Source: Tubulanus polymorphus (taxonomy: Eukaryota > Animalia > Nemertea). Taken from it: DNA of 64,000 nucleotides. Under the pieces are notes generated by a model that saw only the letters and a list, made by a program, of their open reading frames with translations, searched no databases and was not told the DNA's origin. The translations under genes and the position numbers were made by a program. Positions 26,901 through 40,139 of the stretch are shown piece after piece. Location of the stretch: assembly GCF_964204645.1 (NCBI RefSeq), contig NC_134032.1, forward strand, positions 1,422,416 to 1,486,415, read 5' to 3'. How positions within the stretch are numbered: the first letter of the stretch is position 1; each line of letters opens with the position of its first letter.

Positions 26901-28933
26901 GGTGTCGCTAGTGTACAGTACGACATCAACGTTAGATTTCTTCCTTAGCTCAATTAGAATTCACAATTTCCAAAATCGTGTGTATGACGTACACAACTCG
27001 TGTCATGAACTCTTAAGGTGAAACTGAGTTTATCTAGATTCCCTGATAAGCCCAACTATTGGATTAGAAACCGAAAACTAGCATCAAAGTTATTGGTAAT
27101 GAACTAATCCGATTGCTGGTGCCGGTACCCCATTCGGTGTGACGTCATCAGACATTGGCGGCCTTATTTTCTTCTGAAAGTCTGTATACGGACTACTTCG
27201 ATTCTATAAATGGCCTATGGATTTTATGTCGCTTCGACAAGTGCGCGCTGTGTTTACACACATACAGTGACGCGTTTATTGGAAACATCAGAGAGAAAGT
27301 CTTCCTTCTTCTCCGCGTGCCTTCCACAAATCGATTATTCCTCCCTCGCTCTCTCTCTCCGCGCTGTGTACGTCGATCGTCTCGCTCCCCGGGGGCTCAG
27401 CCGAGAAAATTTCAAGCGAAAATCATCGGTCGTTATCGCGACCGGCGTACGGCCGCGATAGTGTCGTAAATAAGAATAAACAGTCGTAATCGGGTCTGGT
27501 TTTTATTGCCGACTGCGACGTGCGTCGTATTGCCTGTTTTATGGCGCACTGATTCTGAAGAATGCGATGCGCATGGCGCGACGTCGTCGCTGCCGTTCGC
27601 GTCGCGGTGGTGACTTACATTCCACGGCGAGTTTTATGCGGTTCACAAGTGAACACGGATGTCATGGTGAGGGTTCAGTAATCACCGCGGTTGAGCGGAA
27701 ACACGTCGTAAAAACCCAATGCCGACAATCCGAATATCGTAATTTTTCATAACGTCATTCCATAAGAAGGATCCTACTGGTGGGATCCACTGGGATTAAC
27801 CTCAATCTCGATAACATTTAAATATCGGAAACTATTTAATTCATAAATGCGATGAAGCTTTTATTGGGGTTAATATCGTCATAATGGCACGTCGCAATAA
27901 ATTCAAGAGTTTCAGTGGATTTCTGAAAAAGATTTTTGAATCGTTGCCAGAAGAATCCTGATATAAATATATGAATTTGCTTCTCAGGTTTTGAACTTAA
28001 AGAAAATGAAATTCGTCTCTAGTTGCAGTAAAATAGCATTTTGACAAATTCTATGGTTTAGCTAGATCTGGCGACATCTACCAAGCAACCTGTGGTTCGA
28101 GCATCTGAATCGACGCAAGGCTAAGTGGAGACTTGGGGCGGGGAAATTACTCTTCAAATCTTAAGCAATCTTAAGTAAATCACCTGTAGGTCAAGCAGTT
28201 AAACTGAAAGGTCACAGTTCACTGCCATTTGACGTCCGGTGCCAGTGAGCACTACCTCTTGATTGAATGAGTATAATAGACCCTACGAGCAATCATCTCA
28301 TGAGATGATTGCTCGTAGAATAGACAGTGATCCTTGGGGAACCTTCACAAAGCTGCAGACACGCGATCAATCTCGAGTATCTATAGTAAAATGCAATTCT
28401 TTTGTTGTAAACGCACAAAGAAAGTCTTATCTGCCTTCTTATTCGCGCTACGTGTAGGCATTGACCACGGCTGCATCCCATTAATGAAATACAACCCGCC
28501 GCGTCAAAAGTCTCTTTTCTCGTTCTGCGCGCGTCACCGCATGCACGCGTGACTACGTTACGGGATAAATAATAGATTTGTACCGATTTGACTCGTGTTC
28601 ACCGCGGCGTTTACCGTCAGTCCGACGACAGCTTGCCGATTGTAACTTCGTAACGATGATAATGTCACACGCTTATGGCGAGATATCTATAACAACCGAG
28701 CGAGCGGTCTAGTTAGTGCATCACGTCAATCACTGACTGAAAAAAAACCACTGATAGAATCGTATTATTACCGAGTGCATTTCAGGTGGAACTAGTCACT
28801 GGGGAGTGGTCGCCTTGAGAAAGAGACAATTAAGTGCGGGACATGTGGAATAAGTATCAAAGATGGACGGACTAAGGGATAGATTACAAAGATGGAGGGA
28901 CATAGAGAATAAATAACACGAGTCGAGTGACAG

Positions 28934-29115
28934 CGGCCTCATTAGCTCAGTGAGATAAGGCATGATTCTCTACTAACAATACTGAGTGACAAGCGGGTTA
29001 GAGTCCTGCTGGCGACTTACAGTGTGCGGGCAACACTTCAAAGGCTACGGGCCTGTCTTGAGGGTTAGTCTTGGGAAACCAAAATCCAAGCGACGTAAAG
29101 CCAAACACAAAAAAA
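28934..29115 (+). mobile_element. Short tRNA-derived SINE, family D
   Basis: A box TAGCTCAGTGAG, B-box-like GGTTAGAGTCC, body, tail GCGACGTAAAGCCAAACACAAAAAAA. Confidence 0.7.
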
Positions 29116-30386
29116 CGAGCGGCATGATAAATAAGCAATAAAGATGGACGACATTAAGAATCAACAATATTAAAAAGGGAGTCTTATAGTCTATAGTTAC
29201 TGAAAGAAAGGGTTTCCGGGTAGGGTGGTTCAGGAAGCCCTATATCCGGAAAGCGGCACGACCTGTTATTGCATTCTTCGCGTTTGAATGACTACCATAT
29301 AAAATCTTATAACGAACGTCGACATTTGCCTCTCGTGTTATACGACGTTTCTTTCACATTCAATCGTATCAATCGCTCGCACTATTCCCTCAGCGTAGAC
29401 TAACATTCGTGACGTCACACCTGACGGGCGCATTAATACACGCGAACACACGCACAGGCGGATTGCGACTCATTCATTCCGCGGCACTATATTCCCGGGA
29501 GGATCCCGCGGCCACCGGCGCCATGTTTTATGGAAAGCGTGTTGTAAAGCGAGTTTGTTTGAAATGTGATGTCACGTGACGTTACAAACAGTCGCTGATA
29601 CGCACACGTCACGTGACCTTATCTATCAATGTATAATGATGACAGCTGGATGGAACAGTGTCTGACTTTTGGAACCGTTCGACGGATTTCTCACTTTGTC
29701 CGTCTATATCTCTGGATAAAACTCTGCAGTATTCGTCCAATTACCACGTCCATTAGTACAGTATGGTAATAAAACAAGGAAATATGACCAGATTAAAAAG
29801 TGTTCTACGCTCGTTGCTATTTCTGTTTAGTATCTGTTCATAGTATCACCCGGCTGTGAATTGATTGATTTCTAGATTGTTATAAGTTAGAACCGACTCT
29901 ACATCTTTAGACACAGCCACCTGGTTGAATTCCCATGTTTTGGAATAGACTATAGAGCCAAACATCTGCTTTACTCATCGATAAACCTCGATGTCGGACT
30001 CGAATCGATCTTACGTCTTAGATTATATATGTAAATTTATGCTAATTATGCAGATATTCGGTTGAGATGTTTCCCTGTGGTGTGTTCTCTATTTTCCAAG
30101 TGTTAAATCTAGGCGCTGTTTTGTGTGTTGTGTGTTGTGTGTGTGATGTAACAAAATATTCATGAGTGTCATTGCTGTCTGCGATCGAGAGGCAGGCGTT
30201 CGATTGCGAGTTTCATGATATGCAAGGAAGCGCTTTATCACTTTTCCGATCGGAGGAGAGATGGTTTTTTGCAGTCAGTCGCGGAGAATGGGATGTATAG
30301 GAGAGGAATGTGAAAGATTGAAGTACCGAGGGTCATACATGTTTCCTCCCTCTATATCCTAACCCCCCTCTCCTCCCCCTCTCCGT

Positions 30387-31172
<786 letters not shown>

Positions 31173-32325
31173 TAGTTTTTGCTGTGCTGATGAAATATTT
31201 GGTGTGGTCTTTTAGGAATTCGGACTATGCAACATTGGAATGTCTCTTACTGTGGACCTCGGGTAGCGCCAGCATATTTCATGCTTGTATGCAGTTTTTT
31301 TTTTAGCTCAATGATTCACTGATTCTACGTTGGGCCATTTCGCATCATCAATTAGAACCTTTTTTCGCCTCGGTTATGATCGGAAATGTTCGGAATTTTC
31401 CGTAAAAGTGTTCGACCGGTATTAAGAATTGAACCGCCGAGTTTGAGTTTGAATATCTCCATACATCGACGGAAACACTTATCGATGATTTTGTATGAAC
31501 CGTGTAGATTCTGCGCTGTCGAATTCCGATTCGATGTTTGCTGCAGGGAACGGCGCCGTGGGCCTCTACGCCGCACCATCGATGCGCTGTGAATATATTA
31601 ACACGGGGTTTAGAGACGTTTTTATCGGTTGTTGAACTGCCGTTTATAAAAACTTGCCGCTTTTTTGCGCTGTAGAAAATTCGATTCATATTCCAAACAA
31701 CAGCGGTCGAATAGGTCAAATCTAAAAAAGAACCTGGATTATTGTCGAATGACCAGCGAACGACTGACTGACTGCTATTAGAATCACCAACATTGATTCA
31801 ACTGCGACCACACTTTCCAAAAAAGGTTCAACCTCCGCAGCCATATTGGGAATATCTTTTTTTGTAAGCTATCTGGTAGAAATAGCCTATTGACTGTTCG
31901 ACTGTTCTTTGACATTTTCCTGCTTCAGAAACCGTTAAAGAATGTTTTTTTTGTATATTCATCATTCTCGGTTTCTAACACTTCAAGGTTACAAATAAGA
32001 ACATTCACAAGGCGTTCAAGGTCACGGCGATGCGTCGTATATTTTGTTGACAGTGCGCGTTTTATAAATGAAAGCAGTTCGAGTCGTTTTTATTTATAAC
32101 TCGTAGAAGAGCTGAAGAATTCTCTTTAAATCAGCAGCTCAATTTATAGTTCCCTCCATCGCGTTCTCGTTTCACGCCACCGCTGAACGAGAGATCTTCA
32201 AATTAAAATATTCTATCGGTTAAAATTTGAAAAGTTTACGTTTTCCGTTAAAAGCCTCGTGAGAGGTAGTGACGTCACAGATTCCTTAATGGAACTAGTT
32301 TTGCGAGTTGATGATATTAATCAGG

Positions 32326-32520
32326 TGACCCAGTTCCGCAGTTGTCGATTCAAGTGATTCGCAGTCGATTTAAGTGTGACCCAATTCCGCAAGTCTCGAT
32401 GTGATGACCTAGTTTTATTGTTGTCGACTTAAGTAATTCGAGTTCGACAGTTGTCGGCTTAATTGACCCAGTTCGGCTTTTGTTGATTTATTGGTGACCC
32501 AGTTCCATAGTTCACCCAGT
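32326..32520 (+). repeat. Old degenerate array of GACCCAGTTCC MITE-terminus units
   Basis: About 6 diverged TGACCCAGTTCCGCAGTTGTCG-like units. Confidence 0.6.
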
Positions 32521-33389
32521 TTTAATCCGATTTTTTTCAGGATTTAATGGAGTCACATTGAATCGACAGACGGATTTTCTCCTCGAGCTGTTCGATGAAT
32601 GCGAAATGAACCTATTTCGAATCTGGTTTCAAATCTAATTCACGCGATTTCGGGCCACCGTGCCCTCCTAGATTTCCATCTTCACAACATTTAATCTAAT
32701 CTGTTCAAGTTTGCTACGGCGACCCAAGGTTAAATAAAGTGAAACCGTGCAATCGGATGTAAAGTTTGTGATTGTATATAAAGTTTTCTAATTCGATTTT
32801 TTTTGCGTACAAGTCGCTGCTGCGACGGCGCCGGATTTTAACTATAATCCGTTCGGCGAGATTCAGGTCCCAAACGACCAGAATTTGAACCAGAATTCGT
32901 TCGCGGCAATAAAATAGAGACATTTACGATCGGTTGAATACGGAATTCACGGCTGTATGAAATGCGTTAACTGTATTATAGGCTTAGCCGCTTTACGCAA
33001 AAGAGATTTAATTCATTGATTCATCGTCAACCGGGGACACAATTTGAAATTCGGTTTTGGCTGTACTTGTATTATAATGATAATAGTAATAATAAATTTT
33101 CTTAATATAACGCACTTTCTACATAGCAATCTATGTACTTAACGTAGATAAGAAAATTAAAATATAGCCGCAAAGCAGCGATAACGGGTTTACTGCACAG
33201 CCGCTTAAAAGGAATGTCTACGAACAGTCGATATAAGGCCTACAAGAAAAACATGGATGATTGGACCAGATGGTTATTTGACCCTGAAAAATCGACTGTT
33301 AGGCCTTAATTAGTCTTTATGGATTTCGAAATAGCATATGATCAAGTACAACATCAGCGATGACTAAAAATACAATTCTCAGTGAAATG

Positions 33390-33751
33390 CTCTCTCCTCT
33401 CTCCTTTCTCCTCTCTCCACTCTCCTCTCTCCTCTCTCCTCTCTCCTCTATCCTCTATTCTCTCTCCTCTCTCCTCTCTCCTCTCTCCTCTCTCCTCTCT
33501 CCTCTCTCCTCTCTCTCTCCTCTCTCCTCTCTCTCTCCTCTCTCCTCTCTCCTCTCCCCTCTCTCCTCTCTCCTCTCTCCTCTCTCCCCTCCTCTCTCCT
33601 CTCTTCCCTCTCCCCTCTCCCCTCTTCTTTCTCCTCTCGCCTCTCGCCTCTCCCTTCTCGCCTCTCGCCTCTCCCCGCTCCCCTCTCTCCTCTCTCCCCT
33701 CTCGCCTCTCCCTTCTCGCCTCTCCCCTCTCCCCTCTCTTCTCTCTCCTCT
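33390..33751. repeat. (TCTCC/TCTCCTC)n polypyrimidine tract
   Basis: Direct reading. Confidence 0.97.
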
Positions 33752-34395
33752 TGCTGATCTCCCTTGATCACGTGTCGTTTGAAACGATTGACATACAGAC
33801 GGCGTTTCGTCCACAATTTTGTCTATGCAACTCACGTGCCGCAGTCGAATTTGATTAATATCGTAGATTATACGGACAGCAGTTGTAACTACCGTCCTCG
33901 CACCGTAGTCTCTATCGAGGGAGACAATTCGACGATGAAAATCAAATTGGCTACAGGCAAATTCAATTTATTGTCCGAGACATTTTCAGACTCGGCTTGC
34001 GTAGAAAATGGACTAACTAATAAATCCTCACCAAAACACGGATAAAGTAGTAATGATTGCGTAATCGACGTCAGTTATTTATTGTTCAGCTTATAAAGCA
34101 TTCGATAAAAATGTCTTAGTTAATTGAACTCTTTCGGTTGAAAATGAGCAAGTCGTCATTAGTACCTGATATTGAAGTCGTCGAGAATGAAAAGGTCGTC
34201 ACTAGAATTTATCAACTTGTATCTTTCCACCGTGATATATTAGAGGTTAGCACATGGTAATCTGTCTGACATCAAACACATTCACCCTGGACTAGAGACT
34301 AGATCACACAAATATAGACTGACTGCAGCTGGCCACCAGGAATTGAACCAATGGAACAACGACTGACTGACTGCTATTAGTAATAGTAACTGCCT

Positions 34396-34636
34396 TAAAG
34401 GACTGCCTTAAAAGCAACTGTTCGCCTACCGTAGGCTGGAGTAGAACATGGGCAACTAGCCGGATGCGGCTTGCGACGAGTCGGTAGGCGTCGGGTTGCC
34501 GTCGCAAGCCGGCTAATATCGAACCGATTGAGGAGCAACTGGCGGCCTCTCATAGGCCGCTAGTTGCCGCTAATCGGCGATAAACCCAGTTGCGTCGGTA
34601 GGCGTCGCGTTGCTTGTCGACATAAGCCAGCCTTTA
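34396..34636. mobile_element. Harbinger-like MITE inserted in an older repeat
   Basis: ~40-bp TIR (TAAAGG.CTG.CTTA...AAGCAAC....CGCCTACCG at both ends), internal hairpins, empty-site paralogue at 31761-31812. Confidence 0.7.
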
Positions 34637-34674
34637 TAATCACCACATTGAATCAACTGCGACCACAGGAAATC

Positions 34675-34989
34675 GCTGCGATCACACGGAGAAGATTTGG
34701 CCCGGGCTACATTGGCACGAATTAGGCTCTGATTAGAGAGCGCGTTTACACGTAAACCATTCCGCTCGATACTAAATGTGCTTAAACACAGCGAAGTGAA
34801 TCACTTTACCAATCACCGGTACTAGTTGCAATTCAAACGCAATCATTTTTTCTGGTGCTAAAATTTGGCTCGGGTCTGGTACGAAGTGTTGGTTGCATAG
34901 CAAATTTTGTCCGGGCCAAACAGGCTCGGGCCCATTTGTCGCCCGTGTGAATAGTTGTTCCGGGCCGCAAATGCTCGTGTGATCGAGGC
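34675..34989. mobile_element. Harbinger-like MITE
   Basis: TIR GCTGCGATCACACGGAG...GGCCCGG versus CCGGGCC...CTCGTGTGATCGAGGC. Confidence 0.65.
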
Positions 34990-35389
34990 TACACATTTTG
35001 AGTCCGGAACTTGTTCAGCAATGTCGGGATATATAAGTAGTATATATGCCGGCAACCTGTCCGGCGTTCAATCAATCAGAGACTTGCGTCATTCCGGACA
35101 ATCATATTACATCATCATCTACGGCTACTGTGGTCACCGATGGACGGCTGAATTATCGATTTATACGCCGGACGTCGGTCCGTTGGGAATTCCTCGTCCG
35201 AGTTGATGCGTTAAATTCAATCTTTAACCAGAAGTGAATAAACTGATAAACATCGATGACCGACGCGCCAATGATGGAATCTGGATAGTTATAATCGGCG
35301 TGTATCTAAGCACGACTGATCAATTTGGGTGTGTCCGTGTAGGTTTATATCTCGAATATGTCACCAAATGTTCTCTCAATGCTCCCGCC

Positions 35390-35533
35390 TGCCCCCTCTC
35401 TCTCCCCCTTCTCTCCCCTCTCTTCCCTTCTCCCTCTCTCTCTCTCCATCACCTCCCTCCCTCTCCATCACCTCCCTCCCTCTCCCTCTCCCTCTCCCTC
35501 TCTCTCTCTCTCTCCCTCTCTCTCCCTCCTCTC
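35390..35533. repeat. CT-rich simple repeat
   Basis: Direct reading. Confidence 0.93.
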
Positions 35534-36149
35534 ATAATGATTCGATGGAGGCTGATATCTTTTCAACTGGATTCATCTATAATTTCACAGTTGATAAAAC
35601 CTAATTTGCTTGATGAATTTAATCTAATGGCCCGAGAAGAGTTTCAGACACAGAGACGGTCGCCGTATATCCCCGAGGCCGGTATTCACCGCCTCATCAC
35701 ACACGTCGTAAGACTTATTAAAACATCCTCGGGATGAAGTTGACAATATCTGCGAGTAAATTAAGACTCGCATCGACGCCTTGTCGCGTGGAATAAACTA
35801 AGACGACTTAAGACATCACCTCGAGCTGTTTAATATACCAACTGCTACTCCATTTCAGTCTCCTTTTGTAACACCACATACGCTTCCCTGCTGATTCCAT
35901 ACATGGCTCGGGTACTTTTGCCAGGTTGTGCTCTTCCAGAAAAGGAATTATCTACTCTCTCTCTTTCGATTGATGCATTTGTGAATTTCTGCCGACGTTC
36001 CGTCCGTTTGACGACAGAAGCCTAAGTCTACATCGTCCGGAAGTGCCTGCAACACGAATATCATGTTGATATGGAGGCATATCTGGTAGTTTTACAAGTT
36101 TTGTATCACAGTAAGGTTTGGCCCTTGATAAAGAAAATATTATATCATA

Positions 36150-36425
36150 TAATAGAATACGTAGGTTTCTAGAAGTTTTTTTAAAGCCTTGTTTCCCAGC
36201 AAGTTGGGAATGGGGGACATATACGAAGGATCCATTAGTTTTCTCCGCCTGGTAGGCATCCAAAAGCCTGGTCTCCAAAAATGAACAAGGTCCATCTAGA
36301 CATTTCTTTATGTCCCCCCGGAGAGACGTTTTTTTCTGAAATGGCAAACGAACAAGATAGAGGTACTCCGGTGCATTGTAGCCAGTGACACAAACTCGAC
36401 AATATGTCAGATGATTGAAGCACAC
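36150..36425 (-). pseudogene. Decayed L2/CR1-group LINE ORF2 3' end
   Basis: With frameshifts: LTY..GYNAPEYL..SLRG..CLDGPCS / FGDQAF / GFKKLLETYVF, in the same order as the LTYK..GLAP.YL..SLRS..L.VP..YGDRAF..FKK.LKT.LF tail of these LINEs. Confidence 0.55.
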
Positions 36426-36535
36426 AGTCAGACGTCATTATTGCGGTAGATTATGTCGCGGTGATTAGCCTCGGTCGGTCACGTTATAACCTCGTTATTT
36501 AAATGAGGCAGAAACTGTCAGGTAAATTCTACACA

Positions 36536-36539
<4 letters not shown>

Positions 36540-36565
<26 letters not shown>
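36540..36565. repeat. (GCC)n microsatellite
   Basis: About 8 units. Confidence 0.9.
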
Positions 36566-36566
<1 letters not shown>

Positions 36567-36855
36567 AAACCATTGTCTCAATAGATATACTTACTATATA
36601 CAACAGCAGCTTGTTTGTGAAACATTTATACAAGAAGGCATTTATATATTCGTCCATTTGCACTCTCTCTCAGGTGGCCCGGACGCAATTACCCAACTAT
36701 AATATTGCCATTTGCAATTACCGTATACATTTGTGGGGAAAACTCACAACATTGAAAGATTGAATTGTATGAACATTTTTTAAAGCAATTTTCCTTTTTA
36801 AAAACGGGTCGTAGAAACTGTTTCAAAACGTTGCTACTCATTTATAGTTTTAGTC

Positions 36856-37394
36856 ATACGAGTACATTCCGGCAATAAATGAATTAAATGATAAAATGTT
36901 TATTTAAAACATATGAGAAATATTTCGGTTTTTCCTGGTGATTTGAGAGTTTTTGACGGAAGAACGTTTGAGTAATCAACTTGATAAGGCGAAATGATTT
37001 GGAGAATCAACATTTATCTAAGTTGACTAAGATAAACCAGTCAGGAGTTAGCACTGTTGTACGCTTCCTGGATCTTGAGGGATGCTTGACGTATTGTGAT
37101 AATTTTGAATTTTAGGAAACTTAAATTGATTCGTTCAATTGCCAACATGCATATAAACATTATAATTCCAATTCGAGTAAAATCCCACAATAAACGTAGT
37201 AAATGATAAAATGTGTATTCAAAACATATGAGAAATATTTCGGATGGTTACTACCACCCTTCTTCATTCTGAAAAAAACATTTTTCATTTTTTTAGACTG
37301 AAGAAGGGTGTTAATAACCATCCGAAATATTTCTCATATGTTTTAAATAAACATTTTATCATTTACTTCATTTATTGTGGGATTGTACTCGTAT
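36856..37394 (+). mobile_element. Penelope-like retroelement remnant with three terminal-repeat copies
   Basis: Copies at 36856-36928, 37174-37278 and inverted 37290-37394; between them in-frame VRFLDLE...DNFEF (37059-37112) resembling the PLE RT FLDL...DDFNF region. Confidence 0.6.
37295..37336 (+). ncRNA. Minimal type-I hammerhead ribozyme motif (PLE-associated)
   Basis: CTGAAGA (37298-37304), A, stem II GGGTG/CATCC, GAAA (37324-37327), TATTTC; stem I only 2 bp. Confidence 0.5.
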
Positions 37395-38332
37395 CGTTTT
37401 ATCACGGATATTGTGATCTACAATTGATTCAGTTTTAGTCTTGTCCAGCTGGTTCTTATTCAATATAGTGAGTTTACTTAGAGAGTTTTTAGAAACCGAC
37501 CATATGAATATGTGAAATAAGCTGAAATAAGCTGATTGCAGGTATTCGGAAACGATACCATCTATTACGCTTATTGACACACATGGACGACAGTTGATTG
37601 GGAAATTGTAAGCGGACACCAGAAGTAATCTAACGAACTCGTAGGTATCCTAGTCCTGTTGGTATTAACTCCACACATGTTCAGTCGATATTTACTCTGT
37701 ACCTATCGAACTGATGATTGTGACTGGTTAACAACTGCTGACTGATTCACGGCCAACTTCATCGAGAAGTGCAAATTGAGATCTATAAATTTTCGATGAC
37801 AGTAACGCTGCTGAGAGTGGGGGGGGGGGGGGGAGGAGTTGTGTAACAAACAACTCAGGACATCGGAACCTCGTGCACAATTTATCATCATGATCATTAT
37901 TTTTATCATCATCATCATCATTGTTGTTATCATTTTTTCATCATTGTTCAACTATAGCACCTCATTCCAATCAGGCTCAATCCTCTAAAACCTCAGGGTT
38001 CGAATGATTTGTTGAAGTAACATATCAAGTAAGATTTCTTTTATCAAAAAGAGTTTTATGGGCTTAGTATCATTACTGCAGGGCTGCCTAATAAGATTAG
38101 GAATACCGCTACAGGAGCTTGTTGGCTTTATTTTTGAGTGTCGTTTGTTTCAAGGTCGTAACCTGTTCTCAAGAAGACAGCACATCATCAGGATATTGTC
38201 GGCTACAGCAAGTAACTCTTCGCGTCACCCGGTTCGAATCTTTGATAAAATGAGACCTTCGTGAACGTTAGTATTAAGTTCGTTTCATTCAAGGTTGTGA
38301 CCTTTTCTCGTCAACAAATGGCAGCTAAACAC

Positions 38333-38440
38333 CATCCCTCTCACTTCCATCTCGCATCATCCTTCTCCTTTCCCATCTCGCATCATCCTTCTCCTCTTCA
38401 TCTCGCATCATCCTTCTCCTCTTCCATCTCGCATCATCCT
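38333..38440. repeat. ~25-bp tandem repeat (about 4 copies)
   Basis: CATCTCGCATCATCCTTCTCCT core. Confidence 0.85.
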
Positions 38441-38540
38441 CTAGATATAAAATGAAAAACTTTACGTTTACGATGACAGATTTCTCTCGAACATTAATAC
38501 ACTTTAAACCTCTCTCTGCTGAAAGATAGAAAGAGAACGT

Positions 38541-38865
38541 GAGAAAAGGGAGAGAGGAGAGAGGATAGAGGATAGAGGAGTGAGGAGAGGGGAGAGAGAA
38601 AGAGGAGAGGAGAGAGGAGAGAGGAGAGAGGAGAGAGGAGAGAGGGGAGAGGAGAGAGGAGAGAGGAGAGAGGGAGAGGAGAGAGGAGAGAGGAGAGAGG
38701 AGAGAGGGAGAGGGAGAGGAGAGAGGGAGAGGGAGAGGAGAGAGGAGAGAGGAGAGAGGGAGAGAGGAGAGAGGAGAGAGGAGAGAGGAGAGAGTAGAGA
38801 GGAGAGAGGAAAGAGGAGAGAGGAGAGAGGAGAGAGTAGAGAGGAGAGAGAATAGAGGATAGAGA
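38541..38865. repeat. (GAGAG/GAGAGGA)n polypurine tract
   Basis: Direct reading. Confidence 0.97.
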
Positions 38866-39590
38866 AATCGAAAGCTTTCATTAGCTCCAAATAAACTTAT
38901 CACAGTCATCCACCCGTGCCTTGTATCGCCTCTAGCACCGAGTCGAGGAGAGCTCATGCGATGCAAACATCGGCAACTGTTTTTATTTCGTTCAGAAGTT
39001 GCCGCCAATCGGCCCGAGATCTCCTCGGGCGGTTTGCGCGCTTAATGACACGTTTTCTCGACGCGTTGCGCGAACATCAAATGGCAAACTGTGACACGTC
39101 GAGAGCCTCAATTAAAAGCAGCGAATCCCGTTAAAATGTTGACACGACGAATCAGAGAGTTAATGTTTCTCAGAACTGGCGTCTAAAAACATCGGTTTAC
39201 ATTTCAAATTGTGTCGAAAGAAAGAGTACAAGAGGCAGAGAGCGAGATGGAGGGTGAGAGGAAAGAAGATGGGAAGAGAGGAAAGAAGAGGGGAAAGAAG
39301 AGGGGAAGAGTAGAGAGAGCAGAGAGTAAAAAGCGAAAATAATGGACAAAATGAACTTTAAAAACCTTGTAACATAGTTGTTTCCAAAATCTCGATGTAC
39401 TAATTAGGCAGCCAACTAAATTAACCCCAATCAGTCGCTTGCCGGTTCAGACTGAATGGAAGATTGTTTGAATGAACCGGGACCGCAATTTCAAATCATG
39501 TACTTCGATTTAAACAACAAATTCTGTAAACTCGACCACCGATCACACGACTATATCTGTACTTCGATTTCCGATTTCAAAATCAAATTC

Positions 39591-39700
39591 GTTCCCGGCA
39601 GGTGTGGTGGGTCTGTAAGGGACAATCGATCAAAAAATCTAACGAAATTTACCAACCAAATAAATAACTAACAGGGTCAATCCCTATTTCTAAGATCAAA
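39591..39700 (+). mobile_element. Dispersed ~110-bp repeat family E, copy 1
   Basis: TCCCGGCAGG(T/C)GTGGTGGGTCTGTAAGGGACA...CTAAGAT; close inverted copy at 52090-52198. Confidence 0.85.
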
Positions 39701-40139
39701 AGCGAGGAGACAAGGGAAAAGGGGGAGAAGAGAGAGGGTAAAGAAGAGAGAGAGAGAGTGGTTAGAAGAAAATGAAAGAATAAAAGGGCAGATTGTAGTG
39801 TTAATTTCGTTATATTTCACAATAAAACAGAACGGGCCTAAGAGAAAAGAAATTTGTATACAAAACGAAAGGTTTTTGGAAGAAGAGCTTCATCTCGCGT
39901 TGGTGTGAAAATATGCGTGGAATATTTGTGTGTCGACGTTATGTTATACTGTTCTATACGTGGTATGCGTTACGCTGCTGGTGCAAATAACGTACGGCAT
40001 CATCATTATGTAGACATACATTTTGAAACGTGTAAACAACAATTTTTCTCGGCGTTCAGATTATTTTTCTACTCAACGTTCCCCGATGTTCACTTAAGGG
40101 CCAGAGATAAATCACTTGAGTTGTTTTTTTTATTCGTTC

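Noticed and set aside
37439-37467. Mini-exon encoding SCPAGSYS
   Set aside because: Splice-like flanks, but joining to the next acceptor at 37542 gives a stop in that frame and no partner exons were found.
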